This document shows, in pieces, positions 53,577 to 63,132 of a stretch of DNA of 64,000 bases. This stretch comes from Dehalococcoidia bacterium (lineage in GTDB: Bacteria; Chloroflexota; Dehalococcoidia; Lucifugimonadales; VXLM01), in NCBI GenBank assembly GCA_963662435.1, contig OY759598.1, positions 1,644,507 to 1,708,506 on the forward strand, given 5' to 3'. Under the pieces are notes generated by a model that searched no databases, was not told the DNA's origin, and was given only the letters and a program-made list of their open reading frames with translations. Numbering within the stretch: position 1 is the stretch's first letter; the number at the start of each line of letters is the position of its first letter. The translations under genes and the position numbers were made by a program.

Positions 53577-54689
53577 ATGAAAACCGTCATTCGTGGTTTA
53601 GCAATGATACTCTTCGCGGCGGCCTTGATTGCAATGGTCGCATGTGGAGATGACGATGAAGAGACGGATACGTCGGGCGGCGACGCGTCGGCACCCGCGA
53701 TGGAAGCGACGGAGTCACGTCTCGACACCGTGAAGAGTCGAGATAAGGTTATTTGCGCCAGCCGGAACGACGTACCGGGTTATGGGTATCTGGACGAATC
53801 CGGCAATAACGTCGGGTTTGACATAGACCTTTGTCGAGCGCTGGCTGCTGCGGTGCTGGGCGATCCGAATAAGATCGAGATCCGCCTGATTACCGCTGCC
53901 GAGCGCGGGCCGACCATCCAGTCCGGCGAGGTTGACATGCTCGTCCGAACGGTCACCTGGACGACCTCTCGTGACTCACAGTGGGGCAACTACGCCCAGA
54001 CGATGTTCTTCGATGGCCAGGGATTCCTGGTGCGGAAGGACCTGAACATCAGCAGCGCGCTTGAACTCAGTGACGCGTCGGTCTGCGTAACCCAGGGCAC
54101 GACGACGGAACTGAACCTCCAGGACTTCTCGAATCAGAACAACCTGAACATCCAGGTACTGGCGTTTGAGGACACCGATGCGGTGCTCGCCGCCTATGAG
54201 GCGGAGCAGTGTGACTCGTTCACCAACGACCGCTCGCAGCTTGCGGCCCTGAGCACGGCGCTCGAGGACCCATCCGCGCACACGATCCTGCCGGAGACGA
54301 TATCCGAAGAGCCGCTTGGTCCCGTGGTACCGCACGGTGACGACCAGTGGTTCGACATCGTAAAGACAACGATGGGCATGCTCATCTACGCCGAGGCATA
54401 CGGAGTAGACCAGGCCAGCGTACCGTCTTCCAAGACGGGAGACACGAAGGTCGACCGACTCTTTGGCCTGGAAGGTTCGTGGGGTCAGGAGAGCCTGGGC
54501 CTATCCAATACCGCTGCGCAGACCGTGATCAGGTCTGTCGGCAACTACGGTGAGATCTACAACCGGAACCTCGGACCTAGCGGCATCAACCTGCCGAGGA
54601 CTGACGGCGACCGGAACGCCCTGTGGAGTGCAGCGCCTTGCAGCGACTGCCCGAAGGGTGGACAGATATACTCCGCGCCGCTGCGGTAA
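53577..54689 (+). CDS. aapJ: General L-amino-acid ABC substrate-binding lipoprotein (AapJ/BztA)
   Basis: GFDIDLCRALAAAVLGD, TWTTSRD, DGQGFLV, GTTTELNL, ISEEPLGPVV, VGNYGEIYNRNLG. Confidence 0.88.
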   Translation: MKTVIRGLAMILFAAALIAMVACGDDDEETDTSGGDASAPAMEATESRLDTVKSRDKVICASRNDVPGYGYLDESGNNVGFDIDLCRALAAAVLGDPNKIEIRLITAAERGPTIQSGEVDMLVRTVTWTTSRDSQWGNYAQTMFFDGQGFLVRKDLNISSALELSDASVCVTQGTTTELNLQDFSNQNNLNIQVLAFEDTDAVLAAYEAEQCDSFTNDRSQLAALSTALEDPSAHTILPETISEEPLGPVVPHGDDQWFDIVKTTMGMLIYAEAYGVDQASVPSSKTGDTKVDRLFGLEGSWGQESLGLSNTAAQTVIRSVGNYGEIYNRNLGPSGINLPRTDGDRNALWSAAPCSDCPKGGQIYSAPLR

Positions 54690-54740
54690 ACTGGCCCCAT
54701 TGGGGGTGAGGCCAAACGCTCATCCCGACCATAGTGACGG

Positions 54741-54780
54741 AAAAAAGAGGCCTGCCGGTGCATTCCCACCGGCAGGCCTC
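54741..54780 (-). terminator. Intrinsic terminator between convergent aapJ and hisF
   Basis: 14-bp stem GAGGCCTGCCGGTG/CACCGGCAGGCCTC with an A6 tract (U-tract on the minus strand). Confidence 0.8.
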
Positions 54781-54848
54781 TCATTGTCTTTGAATTCCCT
54801 CGTAGTGTTCCCGCTACTGATTCTACGCCTACGAGACTTAAGGGTGCA

Positions 54849-55676
54849 CTATCCGCCGACGATTGGACGAACCGGAACACTCTTTTCCCTAAGGAATTCC
54901 TTGGCCTCGCCGATGGAGTGCGTGCCGAAGTGGAAGATGCTGGCGGCGAGCACCGCGTCGGCCTTCCCATCGACAATGCCGTGATAGAGATGCTCCAGGG
55001 TTCCGACTCCTCCGCTGGCTATGACCGGGATCGACACACTTTCTGAACACGCTCGCGTATATTCCAGGTCGTAGCCGGTCAGTTGACCGTCGGCGTTCAT
55101 GCTGGTGATGAGCAATTCGCCTGCTCCCAGATCTTCGACGTGCTTTGCCCACTTCAGCGCGTCTATGCCCGTTGGGCGTCGTCCGCCATGGGTGTAGACT
55201 TCCCATCGTGAGCCCATGTCGAGGCTGACTTTCAATTCATCGTTGATCGGTGTGCGATCCGGCACTTCGCCATCGATAGCCTTGTAGTCGATAGCGACCA
55301 CGATGCATTGGCTCCCGAAGAAGCCCGAAGCTTCCCTCACGAGACCGGGATCGTGGACTGCGGCCGTGTTCAGAGACACCTTGTCGGCCCCGGCCTCCAA
55401 CATCCTCCGGACGTCACTCACCGAGCGCATTCCTCCGCCGACAGTCAGCGGAATGAAGACCCGCTCTGAAACCTGCCTTACGACATCGACCATTATGTCC
55501 CGCTCTTCGGCACTGGCGGTAATATCAAGAAAGACTAGCTCGTCCGCGCCTGCATGGTCGTAGAGCGAGGCTAGTTCGGCGGGATCGCCGGCGTCACGGA
55601 TGTTGACGAACGAAACACCCTTAACAACGCGACCCCTATCGATGTCCAGGCACGGGATGATGCGCTTCGTCAGCAT
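54849..55676 (-). CDS. hisF: Imidazole glycerol phosphate synthase, cyclase subunit
   Basis: [40 protein letters not shown]. Confidence 0.97.
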   Translation of the reverse strand: MLTKRIIPCLDIDRGRVVKGVSFVNIRDAGDPAELASLYDHAGADELVFLDITASAEERDIMVDVVRQVSERVFIPLTVGGGMRSVSDVRRMLEAGADKVSLNTAAVHDPGLVREASGFFGSQCIVVAIDYKAIDGEVPDRTPINDELKVSLDMGSRWEVYTHGGRRPTGIDALKWAKHVEDLGAGELLITSMNADGQLTGYDLEYTRACSESVSIPVIASGGVGTLEHLYHGIVDGKADAVLAASIFHFGTHSIGEAKEFLREKSVPVRPIVGG

Positions 55677-55702
55677 GGAGTTTCCTCCTTAGGGACTGTG
55701 GT

Positions 55703-56227
55703 CTACTTCTTTGCGACAAGGAGATAGTGGCGGCCATCCAGGTCGTGGCGTCCGCGAGAACGGAACTCTTGCTCGGTGAGCAGCACGTTCGCATCGGCCT
55801 CGTCGAGACGTTCTTCTAAGGGATGTCCTTCAACGTCCTCCCGCTTGTGGAGTTCGACGACCGCCAGCCAGCCGTTGCGCTTGAGGATCCGCCGAGCTTC
55901 CGACAGGACGAATGCGGGATCGTCGACGTGGTGCAAAACCATCGACAGCATAACTCCCTCAACACTCTCATTCTGAATCGGGAGCTCCTTACCCACGCCG
56001 ATCACCTCGGCCTCAACGTTTGAGAGCTTTGCTTCCTGAACGGCATCTTGGAGTGTGGAAATCTTCTCTTCGTCGATATCCACGGCGTGGACTCTACCGT
56101 CGTGCAGGAACTTAGCCATGGGGATAGCAACACGTCCCACGCCTGCTCCGATGTCCGCGACTTCGTGATACGGCATGATTGGGATGTGGTTCATCACCTT
56201 GAGCGGCTCGAGGGTTGTGGCATTCAT
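55703..56227 (-). CDS. Class I SAM-dependent methyltransferase
   Basis: VADIGAGVG, AVDID, VLHH, RILKRNG. Confidence 0.88.
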   Translation of the reverse strand: MNATTLEPLKVMNHIPIMPYHEVADIGAGVGRVAIPMAKFLHDGRVHAVDIDEEKISTLQDAVQEAKLSNVEAEVIGVGKELPIQNESVEGVMLSMVLHHVDDPAFVLSEARRILKRNGWLAVVELHKREDVEGHPLEERLDEADANVLLTEQEFRSRGRHDLDGRHYLLVAKK

Positions 56228-56976
56228 GGCGACAATGCAGGACCTTGCTGCAATCCTCGGCGTAGTTGCTCCTCTACCGCCTGCCTCATATCAACATCTC
56301 CTGTATATGCTGCAGTGCCGATAATTGCTCCCTCAGCACCCAAGTCCGCAAGGCGGCGTATGTGTTCTAGGTGAGAGACGCCCCCGGCGACAAGCAACTT
56401 GAGATGCGAATTGTGCACCAGCTGTTCCACCTGCTGAAAGTTCGGCTCGGTCCGAGTCCCGTCGCGGGCGATGTCGGTATAGACCATCCGGAGAACGCCG
56501 ATCTCTTGCATCCGAGCTATCAAGTCATGAGCGGACGTCGTACTCTCCTCGGTCCAGCCGCGAACAGCCACGTATCCATCTCGGGCGTCCACTCCGACGA
56601 CAACCCGCTCCGAACCTATGCTGTTGCAGAGACTCTCGACAAAGTCGCCGTTCTCCAGCGCCGCCGTGCCGACGATGACCCGATCGACCCCCTTATCGAC
56701 AGCTCTCTGAGCCGCTTCAATGGTACGTACGCCGCCGCCAAGCTGGACGGGCACTTCGGATATGGAGGTGATTCGTTCCACCAAGTCGAGGTTCACCTGC
56801 TCGCCGGTCTTCGCGCCATCAAGGTCTACAACGTGAAGCCTAGTTACGCCGATATCGATCCATCGCTGCGCTGCTTCGATGGGGGAGTCGTTGAATACGG
56901 TCTCTCGTCCGTAGTCTCCTTGGAACAGGCGAACGGCCTTGCCACCTCGTATGTCGACGGCAGGGATTACTTCCAT
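56224..56976 (-). CDS. hisA: ProFAR isomerase
   Basis: IPAVDIRGGKAVRLFQG, LHVVDLDGA, QLGGGVR, YTDIARDG. Start set at MEVIP. Confidence 0.96.
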   Translation of the reverse strand: MEVIPAVDIRGGKAVRLFQGDYGRETVFNDSPIEAAQRWIDIGVTRLHVVDLDGAKTGEQVNLDLVERITSISEVPVQLGGGVRTIEAAQRAVDKGVDRVIVGTAALENGDFVESLCNSIGSERVVVGVDARDGYVAVRGWTEESTTSAHDLIARMQEIGVLRMVYTDIARDGTRTEPNFQQVEQLVHNSHLKLLVAGGVSHLEHIRRLADLGAEGAIIGTAAYTGDVDMRQAVEEQLRRGLQQGPALSP

Positions 56977-57010
56977 GAGGATTTCATCGTGCGTTGGGAC
57001 GCCGTCAGTT

Positions 57011-57637
57011 TCATGTTCCACCCTGCCCTACCATATCGACGAAGTTCTCGTAGAGTTTTAGCCCAATGGCGCCGCTCTTCTCCGGGTGAAACTGAAATGC
57101 GATCCAGTTTTCCTTGGCAGCCACGCTGCAGAAATCGACGCCGTACGACGTCGTCCCAACAACGAGCGACTCGTCGGCTGGATCAGCATAGTAGCTATGG
57201 ACGAAATAGAAATGGCTGCCGCTGGGAACGCCGCTCAGCACCGGGTGTTCAGACCTAAAACCGACCTCATTCCAGCCCATGTGCGGGACCTTGAGTCCCT
57301 CCGGGAGGCGTCTCACGCGTCCTGCCACTACACCCAGACCCGGTTCGACTCCCTCGTCGGAAGATTCCAACAGCAGCTGCAGACCGAGACAGACTCCCAT
57401 GAAGGGCTTGCCGGAGTCGAGAAAGTTCTTGATCGGGTCGATAAGGGCCCGGTCGCGGAGGGCGCACATAGAAGGATCGTTCGCCCCCTGGCCGGGAAAC
57501 ACCAGTCCCTGGGCTGCTCGGATTGTCTCCGGCTCACTGGTAACGATGGCGTTGGCCCCGAAGCGTTCGAGGGCCTTCTGAACGCTGCGCAGGTTTCCTG
57601 CCTGGTAGTCGACGATGGCGATGGTTGGACTGGTCAT
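57011..57637 (-). CDS. hisH: Imidazole glycerol phosphate synthase, glutaminase subunit
   Basis: VDYQAGNLRSV, GVCLGLQ, PHMGWN, YFVHSY, QFHPEKS. Confidence 0.97.
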   Translation of the reverse strand: MTSPTIAIVDYQAGNLRSVQKALERFGANAIVTSEPETIRAAQGLVFPGQGANDPSMCALRDRALIDPIKNFLDSGKPFMGVCLGLQLLLESSDEGVEPGLGVVAGRVRRLPEGLKVPHMGWNEVGFRSEHPVLSGVPSGSHFYFVHSYYADPADESLVVGTTSYGVDFCSVAAKENWIAFQFHPEKSGAIGLKLYENFVDMVGQGGT

Positions 57638-57884
57638 GGCGGAAATACCATCGTAGCACACCAGTACCGGAGTTGATGACTAAAACGGAGCTTCGCCAGG
57701 GTAAGGCAACTTCCTTTTCCACTCACACGCTCCTTGAGATGCTGACCGGATGCCGAGCAGCCCATTGGTCGTTCAGCAGGCCGCACCGCCAGCTTAGGCG
57801 AGCCAGGTTCGCCGGACTCGTTTCAGGCGATAAGACGGAATTCGACGGAGGAGGCAACTTCCGCAAATAGAATAGAACAAATGG

Positions 57885-57913
57885 TTGACAGTACGCGCGT
57901 TCTGTTTTATCCT
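57885..57913 (+). promoter_or_regulatory. Sigma70-type promoter with a LexA-like box in the spacer
   Basis: TTGACA-17 bp-TATCCT; AGTAC-GCGC-GTTCT at 57890..57903. Confidence 0.6.
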
Positions 57914-57952
57914 TCGCGGAAAGGCGTTCCGCTCACCTACGAGGAGGACGAT

Positions 57953-58219
57953 ATGAATCCCCCAAGCACAGCCAGGGCTATACAGATGATCATGCCAGGG
58001 ATGGACGATACCACCCCTTTTCAATCGGCGATTAGCGGTGGCCCCCTGAGTCCCGGGGTCGAGGTGACGTATAGGGGACACATTAAGGGTGGGCCCAGCT
58101 TTGGCGCCACCGGCGTTGTCCAGGAGATACGCGGCAGGCGTGTTGTGGTCAACCTTCAGGGATGGGGTGTCTGGCATATCCCATTCTATTTTCTCTCGAC
58201 AAGTCTCAAAGCCGCATAG
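57953..58219 (+). CDS. Small hypothetical protein (88 aa), SH3/KOW-like C-terminal half
   Basis: GAGGAGG RBS; LSPGVEVTY..GATGVVQEIRGRRVVVNL beta-strand pattern; 14 bp before ftsZ. Confidence 0.7.
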   Translation: MNPPSTARAIQMIMPGMDDTTPFQSAISGGPLSPGVEVTYRGHIKGGPSFGATGVVQEIRGRRVVVNLQGWGVWHIPFYFLSTSLKAA

Positions 58220-58233
58220 ATAAGGAGTACGAC

Positions 58234-59427
58234 ATGCTTAACTCACTGAAGAACCTGTTCAATGGTGACGGAACCGGTACGGCAGGAAGATACGGAACAT
58301 CGGGAGGAGTCGACAGTGGACTGAAGAAGGGCTTCGACCTGTCACGCGCCGCCGCAAAGGGCGACGTACGGGTGAAAGTCGTGGGTGTAGGAGGAGCAGG
58401 AGGCAACGCGGTCGCTCGGATGGCCAACGCAGGACTACAGGGCGTCGAGTTCCTGGCCATCAACACAGACATCCAGGCGCTGAGGCGGCTCAGGCGCCTA
58501 CCCACCTATGCCATCGGACCCATCACCACCAACGGGATGGGATCAGGAGGGAGTCCCGACCTGGGGCGCAAGGCCATCCGGGAAAACGAGGATCACATTG
58601 GAGAACTCCTGGCAGGATCGGATATGGTATTCGTGACCGCCGGTATGGGCGGTGGCACGGGTACCGGCGCGGCTCCTATCGCTGCAGAAATAGCCAGGCG
58701 ACAGGGCGCTCTCACCGTCGGCGTCGTCACCCGTCCCTTCTCCTTTGAGGGGGAGGCCCGAACGGTCGCGGCCGAAAAGGGGCTCAAGCAACTGGAGCGA
58801 AAGGTCGATACCCTAATCACCATCGAGAACGACAGGCTGCTCTCATCGTTGGACGGCGAGATATCGCTGGAACACGGTTTCAGGATGGCAGACGAGGTGC
58901 TTCGCCAAGGCGTGGAAGGGATATCAGAGATCATCACCGTTCCCGGCACCATTAACGTCGACTTTGCGGACGTCAAGTCGGTCATGATGAACCGTGGCGC
59001 GTCGTTCATGGCGCTGGGTGAAGGCAAGGGAAAGACCGCAGCGAAGGACGCCGTAGAAGCTGCCCTATCCAATCCCATGTTCACCGCACCGATTGAGGGG
59101 GCCCGGGGCATCCTGTTCAACGTGCGGGGAGGCCCGGACTTCTCCATCGGGCAGGTACACGAAATCGCGGACATGATCGAGGGAGCGAGCAAAACGCAGA
59201 CCCAAGTAGTGTTTGGGGTCGTACAGGACCCGAAGTGGAAGAAGCGGGTGCGGGTGACCTTGGTGGCAACGGGCATCCCTGCCCGCGAGAGCCAAGCAGC
59301 CGAGACGGACCAAATCCTGGCCCCAGAACTTGACAGCCTTGTAAATAAGGAGACTGCCGCCGTTGGCCTACCCTACACGAACGGGTATCACGAGCCCACA
59401 TTCCCCAATATGACGAGGGTCGCCTAG
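58234..59427 (+). CDS. ftsZ: FtsZ family GTPase, stand-alone, with atypical termini
   Basis: VVGVGGAGGNAV, NTD, AGMGGGTGTG, TRPFSFEG, INVDFADV, VTLVATG; AAGGAG RBS. Confidence 0.92.
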   Translation: MLNSLKNLFNGDGTGTAGRYGTSGGVDSGLKKGFDLSRAAAKGDVRVKVVGVGGAGGNAVARMANAGLQGVEFLAINTDIQALRRLRRLPTYAIGPITTNGMGSGGSPDLGRKAIRENEDHIGELLAGSDMVFVTAGMGGGTGTGAAPIAAEIARRQGALTVGVVTRPFSFEGEARTVAAEKGLKQLERKVDTLITIENDRLLSSLDGEISLEHGFRMADEVLRQGVEGISEIITVPGTINVDFADVKSVMMNRGASFMALGEGKGKTAAKDAVEAALSNPMFTAPIEGARGILFNVRGGPDFSIGQVHEIADMIEGASKTQTQVVFGVVQDPKWKKRVRVTLVATGIPARESQAAETDQILAPELDSLVNKETAAVGLPYTNGYHEPTFPNMTRVA

Positions 59428-59442
59428 ATTCTAGACGATCCT

Positions 59443-60336
59443 TCAGTCCGTGTCGGATCCGCTACGTTCGCTCTTGAGGAACTCCTCCAGGTCTCTGATC
59501 ACCTCGTCCGGACTAGGCACATCGTCCGGCAAGGGCTTGGGCGCTTGAGAGGCGTCAAAAGCCTCTTCGAGGCGACGGACATACTCAACTATTTCGGCAT
59601 TGTCGGCAATGGACTCGGTGGCCTTCTGTTCAAACCGCTCGCCGGCTCGACGCAGGTCTTCGAGGTCCAGATGAATGTCAAAGAGTCGCCGAACTTTCTC
59701 CAAGAGAGTATGGCTAAGCTTCGGGTTTGGCATTGAGGGAAGGTAGTGGGGACCGTGTCCCCATAGGCTCACGTGGTCGAGACCGTGCTGCCTGCATGCG
59801 TCGGCCAGCACCGTGTGGATTGCGGTCGGACCCTGATAGGGGGAGCTAAAGGCTCCTACGGCCTTTGCCCGGAATTCGAGCTTTTCTCTTGAACTGACTA
59901 CAGAGGTCACGGGGAAGGACCTCGTATGAGGGACGGTGTTGAAGAGCGAACCCAGGGTGACCATCAGCTCGACACCGAAGCGATCGGCGATGGCGATTAT
60001 GGTCTCGCAGTAGGTCTTCCACTTGAGATTCGGCTCGATACCGGAAAAGAGGAGAATTCCCGGCGAACCGTCATCCGGGACATGGGCGTAGAAGTCGTTG
60101 GAGGGCCATGAGATGTATCGCTCGCCATCGTCGTCCAAGAGGGTGCGAGGTCGGGTGGAGGTGAAGTCGTAGAACTCCTCCGGCGCGACCTCCGCGACCT
60201 TCTTCGATTCGAGGGTACGATTGAGGTAGCGGATGGCCCGTGTGGTCGCCTCCGCAGCGTCGGCCCAACCGCCAAACGCGGCGACCATATAGGGAAGCGG
60301 CTGCTTCGGAATCTCATGAATTCGCAAATAGTCCAT
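59443..60336 (-). CDS. PAC2 (proteasome assembly chaperone) family protein
   Basis: AFGGWADAAEAT, EEFYDFTSTRP, GIEPNLKW, VPHTR, YQGPT, PHYL, YVRRLE. Confidence 0.88.
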   Translation of the reverse strand: MDYLRIHEIPKQPLPYMVAAFGGWADAAEATTRAIRYLNRTLESKKVAEVAPEEFYDFTSTRPRTLLDDDGERYISWPSNDFYAHVPDDGSPGILLFSGIEPNLKWKTYCETIIAIADRFGVELMVTLGSLFNTVPHTRSFPVTSVVSSREKLEFRAKAVGAFSSPYQGPTAIHTVLADACRQHGLDHVSLWGHGPHYLPSMPNPKLSHTLLEKVRRLFDIHLDLEDLRRAGERFEQKATESIADNAEIVEYVRRLEEAFDASQAPKPLPDDVPSPDEVIRDLEEFLKSERSGSDTD

Positions 60337-60446
60337 TTCCGATCCTTTGCCCTACCCTTCCATCTGAGGATATCACCAGTCTCGGCGGTGGCTCAACCGT
60401 CTCGCGGAGGGTAGAATGCGCGCTCATCGGAGAATGGACTACCGAG

Positions 60447-61595
60447 GTGTCTAAAATTACAGAACCCGTCATGTTCGACAGCGTTGCCTTCGCTTGGGTA
60501 GCGGCCAACGGGACGAAGAGCTGGTCGTTTGCCGAGATCACGGACGCGAACGGCGAAACGGTGACGGTCGAGTGCCTGGGGGTGAGGCCGGAGGATAGGA
60601 GCCATGTCGTGCTAACCGAATTGGTAGAGAAGCTGCGTGGCGTACCTGTCCACAGTGACGAGGGAATAGAACAGTCACTGGGGCTAACGAAGGTGGAGGC
60701 CAAGGCGAATTCACGAGCGGTCAGCGCACTTGCCACGGCGGTTGTGGAGTTCCAGTGCCAGTACTCCGGTTGGAGTATGACCGAGGCGCTCGGCGGGGAG
60801 CCGAAGGAACGGCAACTGCTGTATGCAAACCTCAATCGGTACCTGCGGGACGTGAAGAAGAGCCGAACGCCTGCGGACTTTGGGGAGGCGGCGGAGGGGG
60901 CAGTCCGAGAGGGGTTCACCATTCTGAAGACCGACCCGTTTGACGAGGTACGGCCGACTCACACAGTGGTTGAGGTCTTTGACGTGGCGTCGGTGAGCCT
61001 GGAACGGCTCGGCGCGATGAGGTCGGCGGCCGGGGCCGATGTTTCTCTGCAGGTGGACTGTCACGGGGCGTTCAATGTCGAGACGGCCATTGCGATCGCG
61101 CCGGAGTTGGAGAGGCTGGGTGTCACGTGGTTCGAGGACCCTATCCGCAGGACCCGGGGCAGTGACGAGCTGCGCAGGGTCGCAAATGGGGTCGGCATTC
61201 CCCTGGCGGCGGGCGGAGATGACTACGGTGAGGAGTCAATTGCCGAGCTTGTGGAGGCGGGCGTGAGATATACGATGCAGGATGTCATGCGCTGCGGAGG
61301 GGTTGGGACGGCGGCTCGAGCCGGGCAGGCGGGCGCGAGGCGTGGAGCGCGGATTTCGTGCCACAGTCCGTTCGGTCCGCTGTCGAACCTGGCCAGCGCT
61401 CACGTCCACGCGGCAACTCCGAATCCTCATGCGCTTGAACACGCGTTGTGGGAGAACGACTGGCGGGCAGAGCTGGTCGATCCTCCGGAGGTCGTAGAGA
61501 ACGGGCATCTCGTGTTCCCCGGCGGCGTCGGCACGGGGGCGACGATCAATTGGAAGACGCTCGAACGGGTCGGCGGCGTTCGCTGGACGCCATAG
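60447..61595 (+). CDS. Mandelate racemase/muconate lactonizing (enolase superfamily) enzyme
   Basis: LYAN, KTDPF, VDCHG, WFEDP, QDVMRCGG, HSPFGPL, LEH. Start uncertain (60447 or 60471). Confidence 0.85.
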   Translation: MSKITEPVMFDSVAFAWVAANGTKSWSFAEITDANGETVTVECLGVRPEDRSHVVLTELVEKLRGVPVHSDEGIEQSLGLTKVEAKANSRAVSALATAVVEFQCQYSGWSMTEALGGEPKERQLLYANLNRYLRDVKKSRTPADFGEAAEGAVREGFTILKTDPFDEVRPTHTVVEVFDVASVSLERLGAMRSAAGADVSLQVDCHGAFNVETAIAIAPELERLGVTWFEDPIRRTRGSDELRRVANGVGIPLAAGGDDYGEESIAELVEAGVRYTMQDVMRCGGVGTAARAGQAGARRGARISCHSPFGPLSNLASAHVHAATPNPHALEHALWENDWRAELVDPPEVVENGHLVFPGGVGTGATINWKTLERVGGVRWTP

Positions 61596-62954
61596 TCACT
61601 TGACGGCCAGCATCTCGTAGGCCAGGGCGAGCATTATCTTGGTGCTGGTGACGAGGGTGCGTATGCTGACGGACTCGTCGGTGCCGTGGACGTTGTTCTC
61701 CAGGGGGTTATCCTCCGGGTGTGTGCCGTCAAAGCCGTAGGTGACAACACCGAGGGGTCGCGTGAAACGGGAGTCGGTGAACCCCACGCACAGGCCCGGT
61801 ATCCACTCAATCGAGCGACCGCCGAGGACGTATTCGGTTACGTTCTGGATGTGCTGCATGAACTCGGTGTCGGGCGACGACGAGTTCGGGACGGCCATGT
61901 AGTCGATGTCGACGCTGACCCCGGGAATGCCATCGAAGAGGCGGTTTAGTTCGGCGCGGACGTACTCATCGTCCTGGTGCGGGAGGGTGCGGACGTCGCA
62001 GGTGATGTTGATCGATTCGGGCACGCTGTTCGATTTGATACCGCCGCCGATGATGGTGGGCGTGAGCGTCATGCGCGAGGCCGCGCGGAGGGTGGTGGCC
62101 ATGCGGGGATCGCGGGTCTCGAACTCTTCGATGATCGAGTCGATGTTGGCGGGTGAGGGTATGTCCTCGATGGCGAACTTGGACAGGTGCCGGAAGATGA
62201 CCGCGGACGTGTCCCGCTCGGGCTCATAGCTTTCGATTCTGTTGAGTACCTGCGCCACCCGGTAGAGGGCGTTGGTGCCCATCCAGGGGACGGAGGCGTG
62301 GGCGCTCGTGCCCTTCACTTCAATCTCGATCTGGAGGCGACCCTTCTCGCCGAGGTTGACGATGTATGCCAGGTTGCCGGCGGCGTCCGCAGGCTGGCCG
62401 CCACCCTCATTGACCGCGTACGGGGCGGTGATCTTTTCAGGGTGGTTGTCGGCAAGCCAGCCGACGCCGAAGCGTCCGCCGTGCTCCTCATCGGCGGAGA
62501 ACGAGAGCAGGAGGTCGTCCTTCAGCTCGATGGAGTTCCGGTGGAGGATTCGGCTCGCCATCATCTGAGCCGTCAGGAGGGCCTTGCAGTCAGACGATCC
62601 CCTGCCGTATACCCTACCGTCGGCGATGGTGGCGCTGAATGGAGGATAGGTCCACTTGGTCTCATCCTCGACCGGGACCACGTCGAGGTGGGCCATGAAC
62701 ATGAGGCCGGGCGTGCCGGAGAGGCCCTTCAGACTTGCGATGATGTTGCCGCGTCCAGGGGCGGACTCGAGGGTCTCGCTGTCCACTCCGTCCTCCGCAA
62801 GCCAGTTGCGGATGTAGTCGCAGACGGCGGTCTCGTTGCCGGTGGGCATGAAGCCCGTATTGACGGATGGGATCCGGACGAGGTCCTGTTCCAGTCTTAC
62901 GATGTCGTCACGGGCGGCGTCGACCTGGGCAAGCAGTTCATCGAGAGTCGGCAT
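61596..62954 (-). CDS. M20/M25/M40 family metallo-hydrolase
   Basis: AHLDVVP, GRGSSDCK, ADEEHGG, NEGG, HASVP, VHGTDE. Confidence 0.93.
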   Translation of the reverse strand: MPTLDELLAQVDAARDDIVRLEQDLVRIPSVNTGFMPTGNETAVCDYIRNWLAEDGVDSETLESAPGRGNIIASLKGLSGTPGLMFMAHLDVVPVEDETKWTYPPFSATIADGRVYGRGSSDCKALLTAQMMASRILHRNSIELKDDLLLSFSADEEHGGRFGVGWLADNHPEKITAPYAVNEGGGQPADAAGNLAYIVNLGEKGRLQIEIEVKGTSAHASVPWMGTNALYRVAQVLNRIESYEPERDTSAVIFRHLSKFAIEDIPSPANIDSIIEEFETRDPRMATTLRAASRMTLTPTIIGGGIKSNSVPESINITCDVRTLPHQDDEYVRAELNRLFDGIPGVSVDIDYMAVPNSSSPDTEFMQHIQNVTEYVLGGRSIEWIPGLCVGFTDSRFTRPLGVVTYGFDGTHPEDNPLENNVHGTDESVSIRTLVTSTKIMLALAYEMLAVK

Positions 62955-63132
62955 TCTTCGGCCTCCGAGTACGGGTGCGGGTTAATATACTAGTTGCAGC
63001 GCCGTTGCATCTAGGGAGGCGTGGGACCTGGCAGTCAGGGGGCGTGATTAGCCGGACATTTCCGGACATTTTCGGTCAATTCTTTCGGCATTACACACTT
63101 ACAGGCGGGGTGAGTTTGCGAGGAGAGGGAGG

